Shown: piece by piece, positions 1 to 13,419 of the stretch
Layout: every line of letters starts with the position of its first letter
Position numbering within the stretch: the stretch's first letter is position 1
Assembly (NCBI RefSeq): GCF_006345805.1
Contig: NC_043012.1
Span: 6,386,001 to 6,450,000 of the forward strand
DNA length: 64,000 bases
Origin: Octopus sinensis
Taxonomy: Eukaryota
Direction: 5' to 3'
The notes under the pieces: model-generated
Told to the model about the DNA's origin: nothing
The model's database searches: none
What the model saw: only the letters and a program-made list of their open reading frames with translations
Made by a program: the position numbers and the translations under genes

Positions 1-291
1 TCCCCCTAGCATTGCTTGACAACCGATGCTGGTGTGTTTACGTCCCCGTCACTTAGCGGTTCGGCAAAAGAGACCGATAGAAAAAGTACTAGGCTTACAA
101 TGAATAAGTCCCGGGGTCGATTTGCTCGACTAAAGGCGGTGCTCCAGCATGGCCACAGTCAAATGACTGAAGCAAGTAAAAGAGTAAAAGAGTATATATA
201 TATATATATATATATGCAAGTATGTATACACACACACACACATATATATATATATATTTACATATATATATATACATACATACATATTTAC

Positions 292-351
<60 letters not shown>

Positions 352-352
<1 letters not shown>

Positions 353-560
353 TGTGTGTCTGTGTTTGTCCCTCACCATCGCTTGACAACCGATGCTGGT
401 GTATTTACGTACTCGTAACTTAGCGCTTTGGCAGAAGGAACCGATAGAATAAGTACTGAGCTTACAAAGAATAAGTCGTGGGGTAGATTTGCTCTACTAA
501 AGGTGGTGCTCCAGCACGGCCACTGTCAAATGTCTGAAACAAGTAAAAGAATAAAAGAAA
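352..560 (+). mobile_element. SINE family A (tRNA-derived), 3' half; a second partial copy lies at 1-195
   Basis: The body 'cttgacaaccgatgctggtg...ggtgctccagca(t/c)ggcc...caaatgactgaaacaagtaaaaga' recurs about 10 times in the window. Confidence 0.85.
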
Positions 561-589
561 AAAGCGACAACAGATCTTTTAATTATTCT

Positions 590-798
590 TTGTCTCTGTC
601 ATTAGACTGCGGCCATGCTGGGGCAAAACCTTGAAAAAATTTTAGTCGATTAAATCGACCCGGGTACTTATTGTTTTAAAGCCTGGTACTAATTCTAACA
701 GACTCTATTGTCAAACCGCTAAGTTACGGACACCTACACACACAAACAGTAGCTGTTAAGCGTGGTGGGGGACAAATACACACACACACACACACTCA

Positions 799-853
<55 letters not shown>

Positions 854-965
854 GCGACTTCTTTCTGTTCCCGTCCACTAAAATCCACTCATAAGGAAGA
901 CAAAGTTCCGCACAGTAGGACTGAACCTGGAACCATGTGATTGGGTGCGAAGCAAACATCTTACC
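590..965 (-). mobile_element. SINE family A, near full length (further minus copies at 1020-1225 and 1537-1700)
   Basis: Reverse complement of the same body, with a tRNA-like head containing B-box-like GGTTCCAGGTTCAGTCC and an internal (CA)n. Confidence 0.85.
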
Positions 966-1244
966 ACGCATGATAAAAAAAATAGTACAGTCGCAGGAAT
1001 TAGAAAAAGAAATTATTCTTTTATTCTTTCATTTGTTTCAATCATTTGACTGCGGCCATGCTGGAGGATTAGTAGTTGAAGAAATCGACCCAAGGGCTTA
1101 TTTTTAAAACCGAGTACTTATTCTATCGGCCTCTTTTGCCGAACCACTAAGTTATGGATATGTAAACACATCACACCCGTTGTCGAGCGATGATGGGGTG
1201 GGGTCAAACACAGACACGAAGACACGCACGTACATACATAGATA

Positions 1245-1288
<44 letters not shown>

Positions 1289-1465
1289 GATATATATATA
1301 ATATCAACAATTGAGGGTAAAATTAATTAATCAATTTCACCAAGTGTTCAGTATGTAAAAGGACCATTTAAGGCGAATTCAAAATATTACATTATATAAT
1401 TAGGGCTTAGTAAAATAATTACTTTGCCACATGCTGAACTTAGTAGAAATAGCAGCCAAAAAATT

Positions 1466-1538
<73 letters not shown>

Positions 1539-2934
1539 GACGAGCTTCTTCCAGTTTCCGTCTACCAAATCCAGTCACAGGCTTTGGGCGGCCTGAGGCT
1601 ATGGTAGTAGACACCAGCCCAAAGTGCCACGTAGTGGTACTTAAATCGGGACGAAATGGTTGGGAAGCAAAATTCTTACTACACAGCCACGCCTGTGCCT
1701 GATTAATGTAAATAATTTTGGCTAATAGTAAAGAGCAAATCACAGCGACAAATTTGACAGAGAAAGGAATCGAACAGATGGAATACAATCGATACAAATG
1801 GAATTTAAAAAAAATAGGACGGCAATACAGCTAAGGTAGATAACACTTAATTGACAAACAAATATATATTAGAGTTACCTCTCTTAGATTAATTCATCAC
1901 GATAGCTTTTCGTCTTTTGATTAGATTAGTTTCTTGTTTATGTAGTTAAAATAAAACAGAAAAAAGCGAAAATAAACTAACATCGTCTAACGAATTTTGA
2001 GAACAAAAAAGTGTTATTAATGAAATTTATTGGTTTAAGCGAATCGAATAGAAACTATATATTTTTAACGCTGTCAGTTCATAGCGAATATGAAAGTAAG
2101 TTATCGCCCTTGTTTGATCATTCGTTTACTTGTGACGTTCATTTATCTGCTTGATTCCAGCGATAGGTCGTACTTTTAAATAATCACACACACACACACT
2201 TTAGGTTAGATCAAATATGTTAGGGGCATATTTCAACCTCTAAAGACTCGTTGGAGTTTACCGTGAAGAAAAAAAGTTTCACTTTTAATGATATAAGGTA
2301 ATTTCAGATACAAGATATTTTCAGCTCAAAGCGTCCCCTGTGGACAACTAGATGCGCATATCTTGCCTTTTTTACCGTCTTCAGTAGCAGATACCTAATA
2401 AAAATAACTCTGAGCTGACGGAAAGCTTTATAAATCAGTAAATACTAGTTATTGATTTGTGCTAGTAGACCGCCCGATCTAATCAAATACATAGATAGTG
2501 GTTCTCTATATACGAACATAATCCATCTTGGAGCTTTGTTCGTTAACCAAATTGTTTGTTATACGAGTAACTGAAATACATATAAATAGATTTAATTCTT
2601 TCCAAGTCGCGCCCAAATTCTTCATAAAGGTATGATCCTTTACTTCTCCATCCACCAATAACAAATAAATGAATTATTTACATACGTACGTGTTTGTATG
2701 TGCGAGTGTGTGTGCGCGTGTGTGGAGTCTCCCCTTTATATCGAACCATGGTTAAGTTTTTATTAGAAAAAATAAAATAAAAAAGAGAAGTACTATTTTT
2801 TTTCTATATATAAAATATTTAGATTAAAAGCTAACTGTTTCTGCAATCGCTCCTACCACTTATGTACGTGTTATATTTATGATTTGTTTTTCAAATTTCA
2901 ACTGGTCGACTGAATATAATCATGAGAAAAACTC

Positions 2935-3175
2935 TTCGCTATACAGCTTGTTCTAATAGAGTACCTTCCATATATGCTGTCCTTCCACTTTTATGAATAC
3001 ATAGTCAACTCGTGGATTGTTGTGAAAATTTCTAACCGTTAAGCGAACAAGCTTCTAAACTCCCAATCCCGCGTTTAGAAATTCTCACAACAAACCACCG
3101 GTTGACTATGTATTCATAAGAGTGGAAGGCGAGCACATATCAACGGAACTCTATTAGAACAAACTGTACAGCGAA
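2935..3175. mobile_element. Fold-back/MITE-like element with 101-bp inverted arms and a 39-bp spacer
   Basis: Arms 2935-3035 and 3075-3175 pair without indels, 87/101 Watson-Crick by manual count. Internal TA|CAG...CTG|TA (2942-2946, 3164-3168) resembles Tc1/mariner ends. Confidence 0.75.
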
Positions 3176-4168
3176 CGGTCACTTATACACGTATATAGTC
3201 TGTTCATGCTTTGTTGATCTAATTTCAGTTATGTGAGATTAATTTGTGTTACCTCCGAGTTTCGTTGAGGATCACGTAAAATCTATCTACATCGTCACGC
3301 TCTGATTTCAGTGTCACAGAGCGAAACCGTTCAACCTCAACTTCAATTGAAGAATAATTAAGGTGGGTGGTGGTGGTGGCAGAGCAAACAGCCTTTTTCT
3401 ACATTCAGTATTAAAGGCGATGATTTGGCGGAATCCATAGCAAGATTTTCTGAGTTCAAATCTTACTGAGATTGATTTAGTTTCCTTTGTACGTGGGGTT
3501 GGAAGTTTATCAGTGAAGTACTATAATAGATCAACGCGTCTGTATCTCTCCTCAAATTGTGTCACACGATACCTATGGCAGAAATGCTCATGGTTACTAA
3601 GATTCCAAAGTCGTTTCAGGAAATTCCATATGTATTTGGATAGGAATTCCACTACAAATCTCAGATAATCATGTTGGTAGCAATATGGACAATTATTTTC
3701 GAGTAATGTTGCATAAGACATACACACCTTGACCTTGTGTCTTGTAAAACATATCTCAAGCTTCGGCTGGTATCTGCATATTACTAAAAGGACGTTAGCA
3801 AATTGAAGTGAAATGTTATATCACATGCCTCGTTGGATACTAAGTAACAATGCAATGCAGTGATATGCAACTGGTTGAATCACAGCGTCAAATCTTAGCT
3901 ATAATATTGCCAAATGAGTCCAATAAAGCTATAGTATGTTGCACAAACTCTCAGCTCTGATTGCACCACGTCTCATAGCAGCAACAGCTGCAAGCTAATG
4001 AAGGTAATTACAGAATCCCAGTTCTTTTGCCATTCATTATTTAGTATTATGCTTTCTACTTGCCTCAGGCTTTACTTGAAAAAATGAGAATGGTGAGTTC
4101 TAATAACTGGTTATGCGTATTGCTATGCTTGAGCAAAATCATCATCATCATCATCATCTATATATATG

Positions 4169-4199
<31 letters not shown>

Positions 4200-4719
4200 G
4201 CACGTAGTAATCAGACTCTTTAAATGTGAAGGTAGTGTGGAATGACAAATGCAATATTTGTTAAGCAAAATGTTGTACAACGTACACAAATTAAAAAAAC
4301 TATACATAAAGAACAATTACTGAACAAGCAATAAAGATTTTCGTTTACAAGGAAAGAAGAACGGAAAAACAAGAAAAAATATAGTACAGAGAAAAGAAAG
4401 GAGACATGCAAAATTAAAATGGGAAATGTTTATTTTATCTTATATAAAATTATCATGAACTAATGAGAAATATCTACAAGTGTGTATATTGTATATATGT
4501 ATACATGTTGTACATTCAGTATTGTATATATGCTAACAATTCCAAGTGGCATCAAGGCATTAATCTATATTTCAACGTGGTCTCCTCATATTCAAGTTGA
4601 TGTTTATTTTATACATATGATGGAAGTGGAAAATTAGTTATATCAGTTCAGAGCGTGTCAGATTCCTGGGTGTAAGGCAGAGGTCGGAGGTTTGCGTTCT
4701 GTTACATAACAGAATTTGG

Positions 4720-4788
4720 GCTTAGCCTAATTAGATGTAAATATATAAAATTTGCGCTTAGCCTAATTAGATGTAAATATATAAAATT
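4720..4788. repeat. 36-bp direct tandem duplication
   Basis: gcttagcctaattagatgtaaatatataaaatt occurs at 4720 and 4756. Confidence 0.9.
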
Positions 4789-6160
4789 CTTGTTACGGAT
4801 CTGGTTTAAAAACAATGGGAAGTGGCCCCACAGTTCAGTTTTAAATTTCAGTTTAGATGTGCTTTTGACATTTGAGCTGAATCATAACTTCGCAGAAGGG
4901 CAGCATGAATTGACTGGCATGCAACGATTCATCCTGATTTGAAGAAAAATTCTTTATAGTAAGAAGTAGGAGAGGACAAGGTCTCCGTGACTGGTGGAAA
5001 GAATCCTAAACTTAAATGCTTAAATGCTTACCACAGAATGGATTTTGCTAAAGGTACCCACGATATCAAGAAGTGGAGTTAATCCGGGAAAAAATGGATT
5101 AAGTCTGCTATGCAATTTATCTACAGCATGATTTGAATTCAGAAGGCAAAGGGATGGGATGGGACAAATACCACAATCCATTGGTCTATCTCGGGTGGTG
5201 AATTTGTGAACTGTAAGAATGTTGGACAGAACACCCTGCAGTATTTATTCCAGTTTTTTGCCTTCTGAGTTCAAATCATGCTGTAATTCACTCGAGTGGT
5301 AGACTCAATCTGTCACTTCCTGCCACCTTAGATGCATTTAATAGTGTCTACAGTGTTGCAAGTTTCAGGTTTGGGTTTTGGTTTGAGGATACTTTCTCCC
5401 AACTAATTACAGGGGCCCCATAAAAGGGTCAGGTGTACTGACGTCACCCGACTGGATGGGTTTAAAACAATCAGGACGAATTGTTGCACATCAGCCAATA
5501 AATTCTGCTCTTTTCCAAAATCCCGACATATCTCTAATGGCAAAACAGACAAAACAGATCAAATAGACTGTGAATTAAGATTTTAACGGTAGGATGAAAG
5601 GCAAAGTTGGTCCATGTGAGATTTAAACACAGACAACAGAGAACCACAACAAATAGCATAGTTCGTGCTGTCCAACATTCTAACAACTTTGCCAAATGGT
5701 TCTTATTCAAAGACTTCTTCCCCTACGTGGTTGCATGTCTTAACAAGAAAGAATTCCATCCCAATATGAATAATTACATTGATGGTAAAACTTCCTAATT
5801 ATCTACAATCTATTGAATATATTGATTGTTCTAAGCTTCAAAGACAGGAAATATTTGACAACTTTTGCCAAATACTTCTTGTTATTCAGTTCACATGGTT
5901 AATATGAAGAATGTTTTGGTTTATTAATGAGTATATCAGATAACGGTTTGGTTTAGAGACTGTATAGGCGGTTGGTTGGAACTAATTAAAACAAAATCTT
6001 TTATGTTATGTATTTGATGTTGGCTGCTTGTCTCTGAGTGGCACAGAACATTGAAAAAAAACAAACTGAATGTCAAAACTGATAACGTAAATTGAATGAA
6101 GTAGTTTCGTTGGCTAAGTAAAACCATCTTAACCCACATGTGTGTGTGTGAGCATGTATT

Positions 6161-6192
<32 letters not shown>

Positions 6193-6367
6193 TACATACA
6201 TACATACATATATATATATATATTATATATATATATATATATACATATATATGTATATATATACATATATATACATATATATATATACATATATATACAT
6301 ATATATATATATGTGTGTGTATATGTATGTATATATATATATATGCATATATAATATATATATATAT

Positions 6368-6432
<65 letters not shown>

Positions 6433-6896
6433 TGTGTTTATATGTGTTTAAGTGTGAGTATTGGAACAAATTCGTAAACAAATTTTTTTACAAAATAATC
6501 TTTGACATAATTTCATAGAAGAAATAGGATAACACCAGATTAAATGTATTACAATATTTAATCTTGTTTTGACTTCAAATCCCATCTGATATGACTTTGC
6601 TTTTCATTCCACATTACCATAATATCTTTCAGTAGTTGATTGAAAAGATTAATATTCCTCTAATCATCGAGAAAAAGCAAAATGAAACAGTAAATCAGAA
6701 TATTCTTCTGTGTAGAGTGGAACAAATACCAAAGTTGATAGGTAGTTTCTCTGACTGGAAAAAACTTTGTTAAAAGCATCCTGGATCAGAACCTGTTTAA
6801 ACCTTTACTATTTTGCTTATAGAGGTGTGGCATAGTGGAGGAGTGGTTCTCAAATACTAAAAGACATATATAGGTATGTAATGTGTGCGCGTGTGG

Positions 6897-6928
<32 letters not shown>

Positions 6929-7045
6929 GTGTGTGTGTATAAAGTGTATAAATAAATATATATACATACATACACACACACACATAATATATATAACTAT
7001 ACATACATGCATACACATATATATATAAATACTTAGACATTATAC

Positions 7046-7091
<46 letters not shown>

Positions 7092-7097
7092 ATCTAT

Positions 7098-7140
<43 letters not shown>

Positions 7141-7143
<3 letters not shown>

Positions 7144-7412
7144 AGGTGCAATGGCCCAGTGGTTAGGGCAGCAGACTCGCGGTCGGAGGATCGCGGTTTT
7201 GATTCCCAGACCAGGCGTTGTGAGTGTTTATTGAGCGAAAACACCTGAAGCTCCACTCTTTTGCCACAACTTTCTCTTACTCTTTCTTCTGTTGGCCTGC
7301 TCACTTAGCCCGTGGGGCGGCATCATTTGAAGGCTAAAACAATACGAAGCGCATTGTGACCAGCGATGTGTAGCAACATCTAATAGCCTGGTCAGTCACG
7401 GTGATCACGGTG
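7141..7412 (+). mobile_element. SINE family C (tRNA head ggaggcgcaatggcccagtggttaggg...)
   Basis: A-box TGGCCCAGTGG and B-box-like GGTTTTGATTCC. The head is shared with minus-strand copies at 27985-28353, 47480-47785 and 60650-61030. Confidence 0.85.
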
Positions 7413-7420
7413 ATATATAT

Positions 7421-7749
7421 GTATCGTAAACTTGAGTTTTGCTCATAGCAGCGTCCTTGTAAGCTGTTTGAAGCATGATGACTGCTTTGGCCACCGTTTT
7501 CCCCAGCAGAAAACAGAATTTCACGGAAGCACTCTGTTCTTTCATTTCAGCCACCACAACAATCAACGGATAGGGTAGAAGCACTGCAAAACAAAGACAC
7601 ACCACGTGACAGTAAGACTTAACCTGACGATGCCGGTCAGTAGATTGATGCCCGGGGGTCACATCAAGTGGCGTTTAGTGGCAGAAGCCTGAACTACAAC
7701 GGGCTTGTTCCACAGAGAATGTTTCCAGTTACTCTTGGGTACCTCCTCG
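7421..7749 (-). mobile_element. 5'-terminal fragment of a mariner transposon (TIR plus transposase N-terminus)
   Basis: Minus strand begins TA|CGAGGAGGTACCCAAGAGTAACTGGAAAC (mariner TIR-like). ATG at 7545 gives MKEQSASVKFCFLLGKTVAKAVIMLQTAYKDAAMSKTQVY, the mariner paired-like HTH start, truncated at a TA repeat. Confidence 0.85.
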
Positions 7750-8165
7750 TATAGCCTTTTATGTCATACATATATATTGTATATGAATTAGATGTGTAAT
7801 AATTAAATTACATATTGTCTTTTGTTATGCACATGGTCTTCAGATTCATGGAAGAACTGTCTGGCACGAAACTGATCCATGGTGCAAAGAAGGTCGGGTA
7901 CCACTGGTTTACTTAGTTTTGCTTCTTTATGGTGCATGTGTAAGCTCCAGCTCTTTCGTTTCTAATAGTCTCACCTCTGTCTTCATTAATGGCTATAAAA
8001 CTAGTGGCATTTGTGTTGCCTTCTTAGTCAAGCATTCCATTTGTGGTAATTGTGTTCGATGTTTTTTTGGTGTCCTGTACTCATATATGCGTGTATATGT
8101 ACATGTAGAGGTAGGTACGTACATATATGTATATATATATGTATATGTTTTATTTATTAATATAT

Positions 8166-8214
<49 letters not shown>

Positions 8215-8356
8215 AATAAGGAGGAAATGGAGAGGTAATTAATAAAATATTATTTATTAATTATAAAATATGACATCTCTGACAGGTGTTTCGATTCAGT
8301 AATCTTTAGATAATTAATTTATAAAATTAAAATCATTATAAGATGACTCTCTTCAG

Positions 8357-8387
<31 letters not shown>

Positions 8388-8477
8388 TGTATGTATGTAT
8401 ATATATATATATATATATATATGCATAAATGTATATATATATATATAGATAGATATATACATACATACATATATATA

Positions 8478-8519
<42 letters not shown>

Positions 8520-8522
8520 ACA

Positions 8523-8738
8523 TGAGGGGGTGCTGAAAAGTTCCTGGCTTTGGGTAAAAGAAACTACAAGAGGGTCAGTTGTTAATTATGATTTTATCCA
8601 ACATATTCCCCTCTCAGATTCACACACTTATTGCAGTGGTCCTTCAGTTTCTGTAAGCCCTGTAAAAGAGCTTCGAAGGTTGGGCCTCCAACCAGGCCTT
8701 TCATGAATCCCTTAAAGTTAGGAACTTTTCAGCATCTG
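8523..8738. mobile_element. Mariner-derived MITE
   Basis: Terminal inverted repeats tgagggggtgctgaaaagttcct (8523) and aggaacttttcagcatctg (8720-8738), followed by TA. Confidence 0.7.
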
Positions 8739-9028
8739 TACACACACGTTGTTAGAGATTATTTCTTCCACTTCTTTGGACTTTTCCCTTTCTTCTTTCC
8801 GACAAAGAGCTATGCTTAAAACATCACCAAGCATCAAGCTAGTACATTCTTGTGCACGTCCACTTGTCCATTAACTTTACTCATTTAATTAAATTCATTG
8901 TTTATTTGAATTGAATATATATATATGTATATATGTATGTATATATATCTATATATGTATATATATATATGTATGTATATATATATATATATATGTATGT
9001 ATATATATCTATATATGTATATATATAT

Positions 9029-9078
<50 letters not shown>

Positions 9079-9161
9079 CATATACACACACACACACACA
9101 TACACACACACACACATATATATATATATACATACATATACACACACACACACACACACAT

Positions 9162-9233
<72 letters not shown>

Positions 9234-9255
9234 ACACACACACACATATATATAT

Positions 9256-9287
<32 letters not shown>

Positions 9288-9588
9288 GTGTACATGTTGC
9301 TTTATACACATGCGTGCATATGCATCCATGCACACACATGTCAGGTCACTGTTGTACCCCTTGCCAACCATGCCTCAAGCCAATTTCTTCCTCTTCCTAT
9401 CATTTCAGCATACTTTCAAATGCTTTGCTTTTTGTTTTTCCTCACCATCTCCATCTTTTTGTATCTATCCTTTCTGTAAAAGAGCCTGCAACATTAAAGA
9501 CTTCTTCCATTTTCCTTAGTGTAAACTTAATACACCTCGTTTAGTGTTCTTTCACCATGTCCTTGTATCTATTTTTCATTTTTGTATC

Positions 9589-9628
<40 letters not shown>

Positions 9629-9707
9629 GTCTGTCTATCTATTTATCTATTTATCTTTCTTTCTGTGTCTGTCTATCTATCTATCTTACTGTCTGTCTAT
9701 TTATCTA

Positions 9708-9870
<163 letters not shown>

Positions 9871-11319
9871 GTCTGTCTGTCTGTCTGTCTGTCTATATAT
9901 ATATATTATGTGTGTGTGTGTGTATGCCTATATTAGCAGAAGTAAAGATGAAGATGTGGACAAACAGACTTGGCTGATCCAGCAGAGAATGTTAGTCAAC
10001 AAGAACAAAAATAGCAACAAAAATAATATATGGATAAATATATAAATAAAAATGAATGAAATAGAATAAAATAAAATAAAATAAAATAAAAAATAAATGT
10101 TAGTAGCAGAGAATCGGCAAGTGACAATATGCAAGAATCTCTAGTGAAAGAATCTGTTCTGATTATGGAGCTACAATTCCAACAACCCTCTCTTTCTATT
10201 CACCAACCAACCAGCCCACTACCCACCCATCTAACCCACCCATCTACTACAGAATCACATATTCATGACCCATCAATATATGAGACAGCCTCAACCTTCT
10301 TCATCCCTCACCCTCACCACACTCCACCCATAGATTAACTCAGAAAATAATTAACAAACCAACTCAGCCACCAGAAAAAGAAAAAAAAAAGTTTGCATGT
10401 AGAAACAGGGTGTAGGCCGCCGTCTCACAATCTGACAAAGTAACCACGACGACAGCTATGACTTGAAAGAACTTCCAGGAAATGCAACTGTTATTTTCTG
10501 GGAGGTTTTTTTGTTGTTGTTGCTGTTATTGTTTTTTTTTTATGTGTGTGTGTGTGTATGTGTGTGTGTTTGGTTAAGTTAATATAATGGCGAAGTAAGT
10601 GTTATTATGTGATATATAAGTAGACCACTTAGTGTAATGTATTTTGCATGGGAAATGATTAGATTGCAGGGCTGTGAACATGTGAAATATAAATTCAAAT
10701 AAGATTGGCTTAACGAATAATGATAATGATAAAAATGATGATGATAATAATAATAATAATAATCATAATAATAATAATAATGATAAAAGGCCATTTGGGT
10801 GGCATGGGGGGAAGCAGAGAGAGAGAGATGAAGACAGTTAGGAAGACAAATATACATACAGACAGAAAGATATGCAAATAGAAATATGCAGATGAATGGA
10901 TTGATGGCAAAATTATTAGGCTGATGATCAGCCACATAGATAGATAGATAGTTAGAGAGATAGATGAAGTGATGAATACATAGATAGATAAATGACTAGA
11001 ATGATAAGTAGATAGATAGATGCATACATAGATGGATAGATTAGTAGATTGATAAAAAATAAATAGAAAAATAAGCAGATAAACACTTGTAGATATATAA
11101 AGAGATGGATTGATAGATAAATGAAGAGATATATAGATAGAAAGGAATACAAAAATAAATAAATAAAACATACATAAATAGATATATTGATGGACAGACA
11201 GACTGACAGAAAGACAGACAGATAAATAGATAGATAGATAAAAATACGTATTAACAGATACACAGACAGACACACAGAAAAACAGATAGACAGACAGATA
11301 GATACATAAATAGATAGAA

Positions 11320-11350
<31 letters not shown>

Positions 11351-11604
11351 TAGACAGACAGACACATAAATAGATAGATAGACAGACAGACAGATAGACA
11401 CATAAATAGATAGATATAGATAGATAGATAGACAGACAGACAGATTGATAGATAGATAGATTGAAATATAAAAAAAATGAGAAGAAAGGAACAAAGACAT
11501 TGAAATATGCAGATCATTCTCCTCTTGCATCATGCTATGAAAGACATGTTGATCTGATAATGATAAGATATCTAATGATGTGATGCTGTGTAATACTAGA
11601 TGGA

Positions 11605-11666
<62 letters not shown>

Positions 11667-11779
11667 TAATGATAATGATAATAGTAATAATAATAATAAT
11701 AATAATAACAATAATAATAATAATAATAATAATACATGTTAGTAGGTTATCGCTGATGGCAAAATGCTCAGAGAATGCA

Positions 11780-12270
11780 ATTATTATTAATTTGCAATAT
11801 AATAGGTAAATGTCTATGTCATTAAACTGTAATATTGTAGGTTATTCCCGTTATCATTAAATTGTAATATCGAAGGATAAATTTGGAGATCATTAGAATA
11901 ATATTATTACTGGTGAATGCAGTCAACACTAAATTGAAACATTGTAGGTGAATGCCAGCATCATTAAATTGTAATACCATAGGTAATTCTTGTTATCATT
12001 AAATTGTAATATTGAAGATGAATGCAGATAACATTAGACTGTAATGTTATTGGTTGTATGCAGTCATCGCAAATTCAAATACTCAAGGTGAATGCAGGTT
12101 ATCATTAAATTGCAATAATGTAGGTGTCTGCAGTCATCATTCGATTCTAATGTCGTTAGCAAATGCACATATCGTTAAGCTGTGATATTGTAGGTGAATG
12201 TAGATAGTATTAAATTGTAATATTGTAGGTGAAAGCAAATATCATTATTGTGTAATATTGTAAATAAATT
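11780..12270. repeat. Degenerate ~35-bp minisatellite (about 13 units)
   Basis: Consensus tcattaaattgtaatattgtaggtgaatgcag.. repeated head-to-tail. Confidence 0.85.
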
Positions 12271-12805
12271 TTGTTATCTCTATAAACAGTTAACACTGGA
12301 TTCTGAAGCAGCTTATTTTTTTAAATATTTTATGTTTTTTCTTTGTTTTTAAATGGCTTGGTCTGGTTCAGCAGTCGTGATGATAAATTGTATTTCTTTT
12401 TTCTTATCAGAGAAAATTATATTATTGTAATACAGGTATTATATTACAAAATTTATTGCAAATAATAATTTGCAGCATCATATCTTTGATAATCAAATAG
12501 CTTGGCACTGCTAGTCAACAAAAAAAAAAAAAACCTTGGCAATATTTTATTTTATTTAATTTTTATTTTATTTATTTCATATCTTTAGTTTTTACAATAC
12601 TACCGTACTATTTGTCTTGAAAGACTATTCCACTTAGTGATATCTGATGACTTACAAGCTTGATGGATTCAACTTTTGAAACTTCAGTGTCTTAGTGACA
12701 TAAATTATGTGTTGCTGTTGTCATTTAGACCCAATTTGGCCAATTATCAAAAAAGGCATTCCAGCTATGACCATCCTATCATTTTCTTTTTATTTTTTGA
12801 TAATA

Positions 12806-13006
12806 CAGTTCTATATTTAAGAGATGAGGAATTATGTACATTATTTACCTTATTTACATTTGATGGAGTTTTGTCCTCATCTTGTTTGTTGTTAACATAA
12901 TGTTTTGGCTGATATACCCTCCAGCCTTCATCAGGTGTCTTGGTGAAATTTCAAACCTGGGTTCTCATTCCTAAGGTAGTTTTCGATATTATTATTATTA
13001 TTATTA

Positions 13007-13049
<43 letters not shown>

Positions 13050-13054
13050 CATCA

Positions 13055-13127
<73 letters not shown>

Positions 13128-13180
13128 CATTATTATTATTCTTATTATTCTTATTATTATCATTATTATTATTAGCATTA

Positions 13181-13234
<54 letters not shown>

Positions 13235-13270
13235 TCACTGGCTGGAATCAAACTTGGAATCTTGCCCACA
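12806..13270 (-). mobile_element. tRNA-head/(AAT)n/hammerhead-tail SINE-like element, left copy
   Basis: Reverse complement of 13271-13588, with truncated tRNA head, ~240-bp (ATT)n and a tail with CTGATGAA-GGCTG..CAGCC-AAAAC. Confidence 0.75.
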
Positions 13271-13381
13271 AGCATATGGCATAGTGGTTAAGAATGTGGG
13301 CTACTAACCCCAAGATTTCGAGTTCGATTCCAGGCAGTGACCTGAATGATAATAGTAGTAGTAATAATAATAATAATCATA

Positions 13382-13419
<38 letters not shown>

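Noticed and set aside
3521-3990. Coding-looking unique sequence including the 68-aa minus ORF
   Set aside because: Multiple stops in other frames, no recognisable motif and no consistent splice sites
6823-6873. Plus-strand segment with strong acceptor and donor
   Set aside because: Stops in all three frames. It could be a UTR exon but cannot be supported
11780-12270. CRISPR-like periodicity
   Set aside because: Degenerate tandem units without unique spacers, in eukaryotic DNA with no cas genes
12644-12700. CTGATGA...GAAAC motif
   Set aside because: No paired stem I or III. Similar lone cores at 2379, 7624, 44532, 58061 and 63070 were also rejected
13271-13345. tRNA gene
   Set aside because: A/B boxes are present but the sequence is a SINE head without a complete cloverleaf. 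The same applies to the other SINE heads
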